A stretch of DNA of 64,000 nucleotides from Myxococcota bacterium (GTDB taxonomy: Bacteria > Myxococcota_A > UBA9042 > PHBI01 > JAWLBL01): the NCBI GenBank assembly GCA_041687695.1, contig JAWLBL010000015.1:3627-67626 (forward strand). The letters run 5' to 3'. A program made the position numbers and the translations under genes. Of the stretch, positions 49,971 through 59,879 are shown one piece after another (position 1 is the first letter of the stretch; each line of letters starts with the position of its first letter). Under the pieces are notes generated by a model. That model was given only the letters and a program-made list of their open reading frames with translations. It ran no database searches and was not told the DNA's origin.

Positions 49971-52469
49971 TCAAGCGTCGACGGGGACGGCCTCAGGCGC
50001 CGCGGCGGCCGGCTCGGGCGACAGGACCTGGGCGCTGGCGCGCGCGAGGTCGGCGGCGACGCGCGGCGCGGGGCGCGCCAGGGCCTGGGTCAGCAGCCCC
50101 AAGCGCCGCGCGAGGCTGTCGTGGTCGGCGGGGGCCCCGAGCAGCAGCAGGGGCCGGCCGAGGTAGCGGCGATCGCTGCACAGGAGCTCGAGCAGCCGCA
50201 GCGAGTCGTCCAGGCGCAGGGCCGCGTGCACGACGAAGCCGTCGTAGGTGCTCGTGCGCAGCAGATCGAGGGCGCGCTGGCCGCTGGAGGCGACGCGGAC
50301 CTCGTGACCGAAGGACTGCAAGCGCTCGAACAGGGGCATCGTCTCGTCCTCGTCGGGCGCGACGACCAGGACGCGGTGACGGCCGTCGCCCAGCAGGCGC
50401 CGCACGCGGTCGGTGACCCGCAGCGGGTCGAGGGGCAGGGGACCCAGGGCCAGGCGGCCGAGGAGCGCGGCGCGGTCCTCGCCGGCGGCGGCGACGACCA
50501 TCAGCGGGACCTCGCGCGGGGCGCGGGCGAGGGCGTCGAGCAGCTGCAGCGGGCGCGGGGCGGCGGGGTCGAAGGTGGCGACGACCAGGTCCGGCGCGGC
50601 GGCCGGGTCGCGGAGGGCGGCCGAGGGGTCGGCGGTGGCCGCGACCTCGGCGCCGAGCTGGGCCAGGGCGTCGGTCCAGGGGGCGCCGCCCGCGGCGTCG
50701 ACGACCAGGACGCGGCGGTCGGCCAGCGGGGGGACGTCGGGCGCGGGGGTGGCGCGGGGGTCGCGGTCGTCGCGCGAGGGGCCGCGGGAGAGCGGGGCGT
50801 CGAGGTGCAGGAGGTAGCTGGCGCCGCGGCCGGGCTCGCTGACCGCCTCGAGGCGCGCGCCCATCAGCTCGGCGAGGGCGCGGCACATGGCCAGGCCCAG
50901 ATCGTCGGGGGCGGCGCCGGTTGCGAGGTCGCCGGCCGGGGCCAGCAGGCGCTCGAGGGCCTCGGGGGTGGTGGTCGTGTCGGCGTCGTGGACGCTCAGG
51001 CGCACCGGGCGCGAGGTCTCGGGGTCGACGACCAGCTCGACGGCGACCTCGCCCTGGCGGGTGGCGCGCAGGGCGTGGCCGACGAGGTGCTTGACCAGCT
51101 GCTTGAGGCGGGCCGAGTCGGCGTCGACCGGGGCGACCATCGGCGGGACGTGGACGTGCAGGGTCACGTCGCGGCCGCGCAGGTGGCGGCGGTGCTCGTC
51201 GATGGTCTCGCGGACCAGGCGGTCGACGAAGGTGGTGCCCAGGGCCAGCTGGATGCGGCCCGACTCGAGCTGCGAGAGCATCAGGACGTCGCCGACCTGG
51301 CGCAGCAGGGCCTCGTGGGTCTCGCCGAGGCGGCGCAGGAAGGTGAGGTCCTCGTCGCGGAGGTTGCCGGCGCGGTTGACCTGCAGGGTCTGGACGATGC
51401 CGCTGGCGGCCTGGATGGGCGGGCGCAGGGCGCGGCTGACGAAGGCGAGGAAGCGGCTCTGGGCGGCGGTGGCGGCCTCGGCCTCGAGGCGGGCGCGGGC
51501 CTGGGCCGCCTGGGCCTCGTGGAGCGGCGTGGCGTCGCGGAGCTCGAGGACGCGGACGGCGCCGGCGCCGGGGACGCGCTGGTCGCCGACGAGCTCGAGC
51601 GGGACGGTGGTGCCGTCGGCGCGGCGGCCGGTGAGGGTGGCGCCGACGAGGGTGTCGTCGTCGGGGTGGTCGAGGTGGGCCGAGAGGGCGGGGCGGTCGG
51701 CGTCGGTGACGAGGGCGGGGACGGACAGGGCGCGGGCCTCGGCGAGCGGGTGGCCGAAGAGGCGCTCGAAGCTGCGGTTGACGTCGAGGATGCGGGCGCC
51801 GTCGTGGACGCACAGGCCGACGGAGACGCCGTCGAAGAGGTTGCGGTAGCGGCGCTCGCCGTCGGCGAGGAGGTCGTTCTGGGCCTGGATGCGGCGGCGG
51901 TCCTCGCCGGTGAGGGCGGCGGCGACGAGGACGAGGGCGGACAGGGAGGTGATGAGGCCGAGGGGGTCGCTCAGGGCCTCGAAGGTGAGGCGCGGGACGA
52001 GGGCGGGGAGGGAGGCGAGGGCGGCGAGGGTGACGGCGACGAAGATGACGGTGCCGCGGACCGACAGGAGGAGGCTCGCGAGGAGGATGGGGAGCAGGGT
52101 CCAGGCGAGGCTGGTGGCGATGGTGTCCGGGTTGGTGAAGGCGCGGGCGACCAGGCTGGCGAAGGGCAGGGCGGTCATCGTGACGAGGGCGATGACGGCG
52201 GCGAGGTTGAAGTGGCGGGTGTCGGTGAGGCGCCAGGCGGTGAAGAGGAGGACGACGCCGAGCAGGCCGCCGGTGACGAGGAGGGTGGCCTCTTCGCCGT
52301 CGGGCATGGCCAGGCGGGCGAGGGCGACGGCGATGAGGGTCGACGGCATCAGGACGACGAGCACGGCCGAGAGCAGGCGGGCGCGGCGGCGCAGCTCGGG
52401 GTCCTGGGCCTTGTCCGCCGAGCGGGTGAGCAGGCGGCGCAGGTTGGAGGTCGGGCGCGTCTTGGTCAT
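49971..52469 (-). CDS. Membrane PAS hybrid sensor with degenerate kinase and receiver-like domains (pseudokinase)
   Basis: About six TM helices, PAS (RYRNLFDG..G....DG..I..VN...RRADGTTVP), SRFLAFVSRALRPP, DSARLKQLVKHLVGHA, LGLAMCRALAELMG. Confidence 0.82.
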   Translation of the reverse strand: MTKTRPTSNLRRLLTRSADKAQDPELRRRARLLSAVLVVLMPSTLIAVALARLAMPDGEEATLLVTGGLLGVVLLFTAWRLTDTRHFNLAAVIALVTMTALPFASLVARAFTNPDTIATSLAWTLLPILLASLLLSVRGTVIFVAVTLAALASLPALVPRLTFEALSDPLGLITSLSALVLVAAALTGEDRRRIQAQNDLLADGERRYRNLFDGVSVGLCVHDGARILDVNRSFERLFGHPLAEARALSVPALVTDADRPALSAHLDHPDDDTLVGATLTGRRADGTTVPLELVGDQRVPGAGAVRVLELRDATPLHEAQAAQARARLEAEAATAAQSRFLAFVSRALRPPIQAASGIVQTLQVNRAGNLRDEDLTFLRRLGETHEALLRQVGDVLMLSQLESGRIQLALGTTFVDRLVRETIDEHRRHLRGRDVTLHVHVPPMVAPVDADSARLKQLVKHLVGHALRATRQGEVAVELVVDPETSRPVRLSVHDADTTTTPEALERLLAPAGDLATGAAPDDLGLAMCRALAELMGARLEAVSEPGRGASYLLHLDAPLSRGPSRDDRDPRATPAPDVPPLADRRVLVVDAAGGAPWTDALAQLGAEVAATADPSAALRDPAAAPDLVVATFDPAAPRPLQLLDALARAPREVPLMVVAAAGEDRAALLGRLALGPLPLDPLRVTDRVRRLLGDGRHRVLVVAPDEDETMPLFERLQSFGHEVRVASSGQRALDLLRTSTYDGFVVHAALRLDDSLRLLELLCSDRRYLGRPLLLLGAPADHDSLARRLGLLTQALARPAPRVAADLARASAQVLSPEPAAAAPEAVPVDA

Positions 52470-52572
52470 GGCGGGCGAGCTCGGCTGGAGGCGGTGGCGG
52501 CCAGCATAGCGCGTCCGGGGGGGCAGCGAAGTTTTTCGCAGTCCCGGCGGTTTCAGGCTGGCGGGGCGCCGG

Positions 52573-53073
52573 TCAGTCGAGGGCGGCGAGGAGGGCGTCG
52601 AACCAGTCGTCGAGGTCGATGGCCTGGGCGGCGACGCGGCGTTCGCCGTGGACGTAGACGAAGACCTCGCCCAACGACGAGAAGCTGAAGGGGGGCGCGT
52701 CGTCGTCGGCCTCGACCGCCGGGTCCAGGTTGAGGCCCGCCAGGTTACCGGCGCTGTCGGAGGCGAAGACGACCCAGCGGTCGTTCCACGGCACCTTGAC
52801 CTGGCCCGCGTGCAGCACGGGGCGGCCGGCGTGCGAGCGGGTGGTCCGCACCATCTCGCGCAGCGACAGGACGCGCCAGCCGCCGATGGTCCCGCGCACC
52901 GGGCCGCCGTCGCGCTCGGTCCACAGCCGGGCCAGCGGCTCGGGGAACGCGACGTCGAGCGTCGCCTCGGCCTCTCTCAACGCCTCGGGGGTCGCGCCCG
53001 GACGCAGGGTAGAGGCCATCGAGGCCCCCTGCGTGTCCAGCCAGCGCTCGATCCGCCGCCACACCGTGCCCAT
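52573..53073 (-). CDS. SMI1/KNR4 (SUKH) family protein
   Basis: WRRIERWL...LRPGATPEALREAEATLDVAFP...DG...WVVFASDSAGN...LDP...GEV. Confidence 0.85.
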   Translation of the reverse strand: MGTVWRRIERWLDTQGASMASTLRPGATPEALREAEATLDVAFPEPLARLWTERDGGPVRGTIGGWRVLSLREMVRTTRSHAGRPVLHAGQVKVPWNDRWVVFASDSAGNLAGLNLDPAVEADDDAPPFSFSSLGEVFVYVHGERRVAAQAIDLDDWFDALLAALD

Positions 53074-53148
53074 CGAAGACACCGCCCGCGACTCGAAGTC
53101 CTTACAGCGGCGGCACCATACACCCGCCGCGAGCCGGCGGGAAGGGGC

Positions 53149-54078
53149 TCAGCGAGGGCCCTCGCGCAGGGCCGAGAGCGTGGCCTGGAAGTCGTCGGGG
53201 AGCGGCGCCTCGAGGGTGACGCGGCGGGCGCGGGCCGGGTGGTCGAAGACCAGCGAGGCGGCGTGCAACATCAGGCGCGGGGCGGGCAGCAGGGGCTGAC
53301 CGGCGCGCAGGCGGTCGCGGGTGTAGACGCGGTCGCCGACCAGCGGGTGGCCGGCCTCGGACAGGTGCACGCGGATCTGGTGGGTGCGCCCGGTCTCGAG
53401 GCGCACCTCGCACAGGGTCGCCCCGTCCGGGCCGGCCTGGGGCAGCGCCTCGAGCGGCGTCACGTGAGTCACCGCGCGCTTGCCGTCGGGCGCGCCCGGC
53501 CGCGATCCCCGCAGGCCGTCGCCGCGGTCGGCCACCAGCAGGCTCTCGATGCGCCCGCCCGCGACGGCGCCGTGGGCCAGGCACACGTAGCGCCGCCCGA
53601 TGGTGTGCGCCCGCAGCTGCCCCGCCAGCGCCCGCTCGGCCTCACGCGTCCGCGCGAACATCAGCAGCCCCGACGTCTCCTTGTCGATGCGGTGCACCAC
53701 GTGCAGCGGCCCGCCCGCCCTCCGCCCGCGCGCCAGGTGCTCGCGGACCCGATCCAGCGCGGTCCCCCGCTCGCCCGGCTCGTACGGCACGCTCGACACC
53801 CCGGCCGGCTTGTCGACCACCACCACCTGCGAGTCCTCGAACACCACCCGCACCCGCGGCGCCGGCCCCGGCCCCCCGCGCGCCGCCGCCTCGCCCACCT
53901 CGACCCGCGCCCCCGCCGCCAGCCGCCGCGTGATCCCGGCCTCGACCACCCCGTCGACCCGCACGCGCCCGCCCGCCACCAGCCGCTTGAGCGCGTTGTA
54001 CGACGCCTCGGGCAGCCACCCGCGCAGCAGCGCCCCCAGCGCCTGCCCGTCCTGCTCCGGCCCGACCGTCCAGCTCAT
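53149..54078 (-). CDS. RluA/RluD-family pseudouridine synthase with S4 domain
   Basis: VVDKPAG, VHRIDKETSGL, LETGRTHQIRVHL...GHPLVGD..Y, LHAASL. Confidence 0.95.
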   Translation of the reverse strand: MSWTVGPEQDGQALGALLRGWLPEASYNALKRLVAGGRVRVDGVVEAGITRRLAAGARVEVGEAAARGGPGPAPRVRVVFEDSQVVVVDKPAGVSSVPYEPGERGTALDRVREHLARGRRAGGPLHVVHRIDKETSGLLMFARTREAERALAGQLRAHTIGRRYVCLAHGAVAGGRIESLLVADRGDGLRGSRPGAPDGKRAVTHVTPLEALPQAGPDGATLCEVRLETGRTHQIRVHLSEAGHPLVGDRVYTRDRLRAGQPLLPAPRLMLHAASLVFDHPARARRVTLEAPLPDDFQATLSALREGPR

Positions 54079-54821
54079 GGCGCCAGCGCCTCCGCCGGCC
54101 CCATCGACCGCGTCGCCAGCGCCCACTCGTCCTCGGTCAGCGCCCGCGCCTGCCCCGGCGCGAGCCCCGCGTCCAGCCACAGCGCCCCGATCCGCTCGCG
54201 ATGCAGCCCCACCCCCCGCGCCCCGCACGCCCGCAGCATCCGCTTGACCTGGTGCCGCTTGCCCTCGCACACCGCCACCCGCCCGACCCCCTCGCCCAGC
54301 ACCTCGAGCGCCGCCGGCCGACACACCACCGCCCGCCCCGTCTCCCCGTCCAGCGCCAGCCCCCGCGCGAACCGCTCCGCCGCGTCCGCCGCCAGCGCCC
54401 CCGACCACACCGCCCGGTACACCTTCGGGATGGCCCGCTCCGGATGGATCAGCGCCCGCACCCGCCCCGCCTCGTTGGTCAGCAGCAGCAGCCCCGTCGT
54501 GTCCTTGTCCAGCCGCCCGATGGTCGTCAACCCCAGCGCCCGCCACTCGTCCCGCAGCAGCTCCATCACCGTCGGCTCCGCCGCGTCCGATCGCGCGCTG
54601 ACCACCCCGGCCGGCTTGTTCATCATCAACGTCACCGCCGCGATCGCCCGCGCCGTCACCGGCCCCCCGTCCAGCGTGACCTCGTCCCGCTCGACCCGCA
54701 GCCCATGCGCCGGCTGCGTCGCCACGAACCCGTTGACGGTCACCCGCCCGGCCCGCACCGCCGCCGCCGCCACCTTCCGCGCCAGCCCCAGCTGCTGCGC
54801 CAGATGTCGATCCAATCGCAT
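54075..54821 (-). CDS. RsuA-family pseudouridine synthase
   Basis: MRLDRHL S4 domain, MNKPAG, GRLDKDTTGLLLLTN, EGKRHQVKRML, LHRERIG. Confidence 0.95.
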   Translation of the reverse strand: MRLDRHLAQQLGLARKVAAAAVRAGRVTVNGFVATQPAHGLRVERDEVTLDGGPVTARAIAAVTLMMNKPAGVVSARSDAAEPTVMELLRDEWRALGLTTIGRLDKDTTGLLLLTNEAGRVRALIHPERAIPKVYRAVWSGALAADAAERFARGLALDGETGRAVVCRPAALEVLGEGVGRVAVCEGKRHQVKRMLRACGARGVGLHRERIGALWLDAGLAPGQARALTEDEWALATRSMGPAEALAP

Positions 54822-54921
54822 CGCGTGACTCCGGTGAGCCGGGGAGCCTGGGCGTTGGACCTACTCCGATCCAGGCGATTCGGGTACCCTCACGCCAACT
54901 CCCCAGCTCGGACGAGGCGGA

Positions 54922-56385
54922 ATGCTTACACGTCTGGAGGTCGATGGTTTCAAAAACCTCCTCGACCTGACGATCACCTTCGGCCCCTACACCTGCATCG
55001 CTGGCCCCAACGGAGTCGGCAAGTCCAACATCTTCGACGCCATCCGCTTCCTCTCGCTGCTGGCCGATCACACGCTGGTCGAGGCGGCTCTCGGGGTCCG
55101 CGCATCCGAAGCGCACGCAGCGGACCCGCGCCATCTGTTCTGGACCGATGGTCACGAGCGGGCCGATCGGATGCGCTTGGCGGCAGAGATGATCGTCCCG
55201 CGCGAGGTCCGAGACGACTTCAACCGAAAGGCGGACACGACCTCGACCTTCCTGCGTTACGAACTCGAGCTTGGATACGAAGAACCGTCTGGAGGCGCGA
55301 GCCTGGGCCGTCTGGTCCTGCTTCGTGAAGCGCTCCGGCCCATCACGGCCGGCGATGCGCCCCAACACCTCCCGTTTCCACACAGTGCGAGCGCGTTCCG
55401 CAACAGGATCGTCGACAACAAACGACGCGCCAAGAGCGGCTTCATCTCGACCGAGCCGGCGCCTGACGGGCGGATGCAGATTCTGGTCCACCAAGACCAA
55501 GGGACAGGCGGCCGTCCTGCGCCCGCGCCCGCCGACTCGGCTCCGCGGACCATCGTGGGGACGACGACTACCTCGCAAACGCCGACCATCCTCGCGGCTC
55601 GCCGCGAGATGCAGAGCTGGCGCCTGCTGGCGCTCGAACCGTCGGCGATGCGGCGTCCTGACCGCTTCATGGACGACCCTCACATCACGCCCAACGGTGG
55701 GCACCTGCCTGCGACTCTGTACAGGCTCGCCAGCCAGGAGGGGGCAGAGACCGGCGCTCCACCCGCGGTCTATGCCCGCGTGGCGGCACGACTGTCGGAC
55801 CTCATGCCCGTAGAGGAGGTCCGTGTGGACCGGGACGAGGCACGCGAGCGACTCACGCTCGAAGCCCGCGAGTCGGGCCGGTCCTTCCTCCCCGCCTTGG
55901 CGCTGTCGGATGGGACACTCCGGTTCCTGACGCTTTGCATCTTGGAGCAGGACCCCGAGGTCCAGGGCGTGATCTGCATGGAGGAGCCGGAGAACGGGAT
56001 CCACCCCGTCAGGATGAAACCGATGGTGCAGCTGTTGCGCGACCTGGCGGTGGATCCTCATGAACCGCCCGGAGCCGACAACCCGCTGCGCCAGGTCATC
56101 GTCAACACGCATTCGCCGCTGTTCGTCCAGTTGCAGGACCCCTCCGACCTGCTGTACGCGGAGCAGACCCGAGTGAAGCTGCCTTCGGGGCGCGCTACGA
56201 CGACCCTGCGGTGTCGTCCCCTCCTCGAAGGTGCCGAACGCCCCAATTGGAGGCTCACGGGCGGCGGCATCGGCGTGGGCAAGGCGACGATCATCGCGTA
56301 CCTGACGCAACCGAGAGGAGCTCAGATCGCGCTCGATGACGCGGTCGAACTCGAAAAAGGGGCGCGCCGCGGAGTGATCGGGTGA
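54922..56385 (+). CDS. ABC-type AAA_21-like ATPase (putative defence sensor)
   Basis: MLTRLEVDGFKN, GPNGVGKSN, LSDGTLR, MEEPENGIHP, NTHSP. Confidence 0.9.
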   Translation: MLTRLEVDGFKNLLDLTITFGPYTCIAGPNGVGKSNIFDAIRFLSLLADHTLVEAALGVRASEAHAADPRHLFWTDGHERADRMRLAAEMIVPREVRDDFNRKADTTSTFLRYELELGYEEPSGGASLGRLVLLREALRPITAGDAPQHLPFPHSASAFRNRIVDNKRRAKSGFISTEPAPDGRMQILVHQDQGTGGRPAPAPADSAPRTIVGTTTTSQTPTILAARREMQSWRLLALEPSAMRRPDRFMDDPHITPNGGHLPATLYRLASQEGAETGAPPAVYARVAARLSDLMPVEEVRVDRDEARERLTLEARESGRSFLPALALSDGTLRFLTLCILEQDPEVQGVICMEEPENGIHPVRMKPMVQLLRDLAVDPHEPPGADNPLRQVIVNTHSPLFVQLQDPSDLLYAEQTRVKLPSGRATTTLRCRPLLEGAERPNWRLTGGGIGVGKATIIAYLTQPRGAQIALDDAVELEKGARRGVIG

Positions 56386-57029
56386 GGGTGAGGTTCGTCT
56401 TCATCGGCGAAGGGAGCTCCGACAGCGGCCTGCTGCCGAAGCTCGAAGAGCTTTGCCTTCGCCATGGCGCGACCGAGGTGGCCGGCGTCTGGCCAGAGCT
56501 GGGCTCTGCGCCCATGCCACCTGGACGAGACCTGGAGTCGCAAGTCAGGGCGGCCTTGGAGCGTGAGCCCGGAGTGGATCTAGTGTTCATCCACCGTGAC
56601 GCCGACGCCCCCGATCCCGAGCCACGGCGCAAGCAACTCGAGGTCACCTTGAGTTCGCTGCGGATGGAGCAGCCCCACGTGCTGGTGGTCCCGGTGCAGG
56701 AGCTCGAAGCCTGGTTGCTTCTGGACGAGGTCGCGATCCGTCGGGTAGCCGGGAACCCCGGAGGGCGTGTCCCGCTGAGTCTACCCCCACTGAGGCTCGT
56801 CGAGCGGACCTCTGACCCAAAGAAGATCCTGGCCGACGCGCTCCTCGCCGCGAGCGAGGCGACCGGTCGCGCTCGCAAGAAGCAGCAACGCCGATTCCCG
56901 GAGCTGCGGGCTCAGCTGCTGACCCGGCTGGATCTCGACGGACCCGTTCGCGAGCTCGCCGCATGGCGCCGCCTCGAGGCGGAGCTGAAGGCGGCTCTCG
57001 AGATGGTCGCGCAGCGCGTCGGCGGCTGA
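56382..57029 (+). CDS. DUF4276/RloB-like TOPRIM-fold protein
   Basis: FIGEGSSD, FIHRDAD, VPVQELEAWLL.D, DPK; GTGA overlap with the ATPase. Confidence 0.8.
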   Translation: MRVRFVFIGEGSSDSGLLPKLEELCLRHGATEVAGVWPELGSAPMPPGRDLESQVRAALEREPGVDLVFIHRDADAPDPEPRRKQLEVTLSSLRMEQPHVLVVPVQELEAWLLLDEVAIRRVAGNPGGRVPLSLPPLRLVERTSDPKKILADALLAASEATGRARKKQQRRFPELRAQLLTRLDLDGPVRELAAWRRLEAELKAALEMVAQRVGG

Positions 57030-57113
57030 GCGCGCCCCGCCCCACGGTCGTCCTTGCCCCGGGGCGCCGCCCCGCCCACAATGCGCGCCCGACCGCCGGC
57101 CCGGAGCGCGCCC

Positions 57114-58064
57114 ATGACCTCGACCGCCCGCCACGACTGGACCCTCGACGAGATCCTCGCCGTCTACGAGCGGCCCCTGCTCGAGCTGGTCTTCGACGCC
57201 CAGGCCGTCCACCGCCAGCACCACGACCCGCGCGCCATCCAGCGCTGCACGCTGCTGTCGGTCAAGACCGGCGGCTGCCCCGAGGACTGCGGCTACTGCC
57301 CCCAGAGCGCCCGCTACGACACCGGCGTCGCCAAAGAGCGCCTGATGCCGGTCGACGACGTCCTGTCCGCCGCCCGCCGCGCCCGCGACGCCGGCGCCAG
57401 CCGCTTCTGCATGGGCGCCGCCTGGCGCAGCGCCAAGGACGGCCAGCCCTTCGACGACGTCCTCGCCATGGTCCGCGGCGTCTCCGAGCTGGGCCTCGAG
57501 GCCTGCGCCACCCTCGGCATGCTCACCCAGCCCCAGGCCGACGCCCTCGCCGCCGCCGGCCTCACCGCCTACAACCACAACCTCGACACCTCCCCCGACC
57601 GCTACGGCGACGTCATCTCGACCCGCACCTACCAGGACCGCCTCGACACCATCGCTCGCGTCCAGCGCGCCGGCATCAGCGTCTGCTGCGGCGGCATCGT
57701 CGGCCTCGGCGAGTCCCGCCGCGACCGCTGCGCCCTCCTCGGCACCCTCGCCGCCCTCGACCCGCACCCCGAGAGCGTCCCCGTCAACATGCTCGTCCGC
57801 GTCCCCGGCACGCCGCTGGCCGACCAGCCCGACGTCGACCCCTTCGAACTCGTCCGCACCGTCGCCACCGCCCGCATCCTGATGCCCCGCGCCCGCGTCC
57901 GCCTCTCCGCCGGCCGCACCAGCCTCACCCGCGAGGCCCAGGCCCTGTGCTTCCTCGCCGGCGCCAACTCCATCTTCTTCGGCGAGCGCCTCCTCACCAC
58001 CCCCAACCCCGAGCTCGACGCCGACGAGGCCCTCCTCGCCGACCTGGGCCTCGTCACCGCCTGA
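57114..58064 (+). CDS. bioB: Biotin synthase
   Basis: [46 protein letters not shown]. Confidence 0.98.
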   Translation: MTSTARHDWTLDEILAVYERPLLELVFDAQAVHRQHHDPRAIQRCTLLSVKTGGCPEDCGYCPQSARYDTGVAKERLMPVDDVLSAARRARDAGASRFCMGAAWRSAKDGQPFDDVLAMVRGVSELGLEACATLGMLTQPQADALAAAGLTAYNHNLDTSPDRYGDVISTRTYQDRLDTIARVQRAGISVCCGGIVGLGESRRDRCALLGTLAALDPHPESVPVNMLVRVPGTPLADQPDVDPFELVRTVATARILMPRARVRLSAGRTSLTREAQALCFLAGANSIFFGERLLTTPNPELDADEALLADLGLVTA

Positions 58065-58065
58065 C

Positions 58066-59214
58066 GTGGCCTCCCCCCTCGACGCCTTCCGCGCACACCT
58101 CGCCCGCGCCCTGGCCGATCGCGACGCCGCCGGCCTCCTGCGCCGCCTCGCCCTGCCCGACGGCCTCGACCTCACCTCCAACGACTACCTCGGCTACGCC
58201 TCCGACCCCGCCCTCGCCGCCGCCCTGGCCGACGCCGTCCGCACCCACGGCGCTGGCGCCGGCGCCGCCCGCCTCCTCCGCGGCCACCACCCGGTCCACG
58301 CCGCCGCCGAGGCCCGCCTCGCCGCCTTCTCCGGCCGCGAGGCCGCCCTCCTGTTCGCCTCCGGCTTCGCCGCCAACCTCGGCCTCCTGCCCGCCCTCGC
58401 CGGCCCCGGCGACCTCGTCCTGTCCGACGCCCTCAACCACGCCAGCCTCATCGACGGCATTCGCCTGTCCCGCGCCGACCGCGTGGTCTACCCCCACCAC
58501 GACCTCGACGCCGTCGAGGCCGCCCTGCGCCGCCCCCGCCCCGGCCGCGCCTTCGTCGTCACCGAGTCCGTCTTCTCGATGGACGGCGATCTCACCGATC
58601 TGACCGCCCTGTGCGACCTGGCCGACCGCCACGACGCCCTGGTCGTGGTCGACGAGGCCCACGCCACCGGCCTGTACGGCCCCCGCGGCTCCGGCCGCGT
58701 CGAGGCCCTGGATCTGTCCCACCGCGTCCTGGCCACCGTCCACACCGGCGGCAAGGCCCTCGGCGTCGGCGGCGCCTGGGTCGCCGGCGACGCCCTGCTC
58801 GTCGCCCACCTCGTCAACCACGCCCGCGCCTTCGTGTTCTCGACCGGCGTCGTCCCGGCCATCGCCGCCGGCCTGACCCTGGCCGTCGACCGCCTGGCCG
58901 CCGACGCCCCCGCCGTCGCCGCCCTCCACGCCCGCGCCGCCCACCTCCGCGCCCGCCTCCGCCAGGCCGGCCTCGATCTGGCCCGCTCCGAGTCCCTCAT
59001 CCTGCCGATCGTCCTCGGCGACAACGCGCGCGCCCTCTCGGTCGCCGCCGCCCTGCGCCGCGACGGCTTCGACGTCCGCGCCGTCCGCCCCCCGACCGTC
59101 CCCGCCGGCTCCGCCCGCCTGCGCGTCACCGTGCGCGCCCCCGTCCCCCAGGCCGCGCTCGACCGCTTCGCCGACCGCCTGCTCCACCACGTCCAGGACT
59201 CCACCCACCCATGA
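58066..59214 (+). CDS. bioF: 8-amino-7-oxononanoate synthase
   Basis: SNDYLG, SDALNHASLIDG, ESVFSMDGD, DEAHA, GKALG, RPPTVP. Confidence 0.96.
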   Translation: MASPLDAFRAHLARALADRDAAGLLRRLALPDGLDLTSNDYLGYASDPALAAALADAVRTHGAGAGAARLLRGHHPVHAAAEARLAAFSGREAALLFASGFAANLGLLPALAGPGDLVLSDALNHASLIDGIRLSRADRVVYPHHDLDAVEAALRRPRPGRAFVVTESVFSMDGDLTDLTALCDLADRHDALVVVDEAHATGLYGPRGSGRVEALDLSHRVLATVHTGGKALGVGGAWVAGDALLVAHLVNHARAFVFSTGVVPAIAAGLTLAVDRLAADAPAVAALHARAAHLRARLRQAGLDLARSESLILPIVLGDNARALSVAAALRRDGFDVRAVRPPTVPAGSARLRVTVRAPVPQAALDRFADRLLHHVQDSTHP

Positions 59215-59879
59215 TGATGAAGGGCCTCTTCGTCGTCGGCACCGACACCGGCGTCGGCAAGACCGTCCTGTCGGCCGCCCTCATGGCCGCCGCAGGCCCC
59301 CAGACCACCTACTGGAAGCCGGTCCAGACCGGCCTCGCCACCGAACCCGGCGACACCCCGACCGTCGCTACCCTGTCCCAGCTGCCGCCAGAACGCCTGC
59401 TCGACGCCGGCCCGCGCCTGATGCTGCCCGCCTCGCCCCACCACGCCGCGGTCGCCGATCACACCTCGATCGACCTCGACACCCTGGCCGCCACCGGCCG
59501 CGCCCACGACGCCCCCGACCGCCGCTGGGTGGTCGAGGGCGCCGGCGGCCTGCTGGTCCCGCTGTCCGACACCCAGCTGCTGACCGATCTGGTCGCCGCC
59601 CTGGCGCTGCCGGTCCTGGTGGCCGCCTCGACCCGCCTCGGCACCATCAACCACACCCTGCTGACGCTGCGCCACCTGGCCACCCTGGCCCTGCCCACCC
59701 TGGGCGTCGTCCTCGTCGGCCCCCCCGACTCGTCCGCCGACTCCGCCCTGGCCGCCCACGCCCCCGGCGCCGTCCTCGGCCACCTGCCCCACCTCGACCC
59801 GCTCACCCCCGACGCCGTCCGCGCCGCCGGCCAGACCCTGCTCGCCGCCGCGCCCGCCCTCCGCCAGGCCCTGTCGTGA
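59211..59879 (+). CDS. bioD: Dethiobiotin synthetase
   Basis: GTDTGVGKT, YWKPVQTG, VEGAGG, LGTINHTLLT. Confidence 0.96.
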   Translation: MMMKGLFVVGTDTGVGKTVLSAALMAAAGPQTTYWKPVQTGLATEPGDTPTVATLSQLPPERLLDAGPRLMLPASPHHAAVADHTSIDLDTLAATGRAHDAPDRRWVVEGAGGLLVPLSDTQLLTDLVAALALPVLVAASTRLGTINHTLLTLRHLATLALPTLGVVLVGPPDSSADSALAAHAPGAVLGHLPHLDPLTPDAVRAAGQTLLAAAPALRQALS

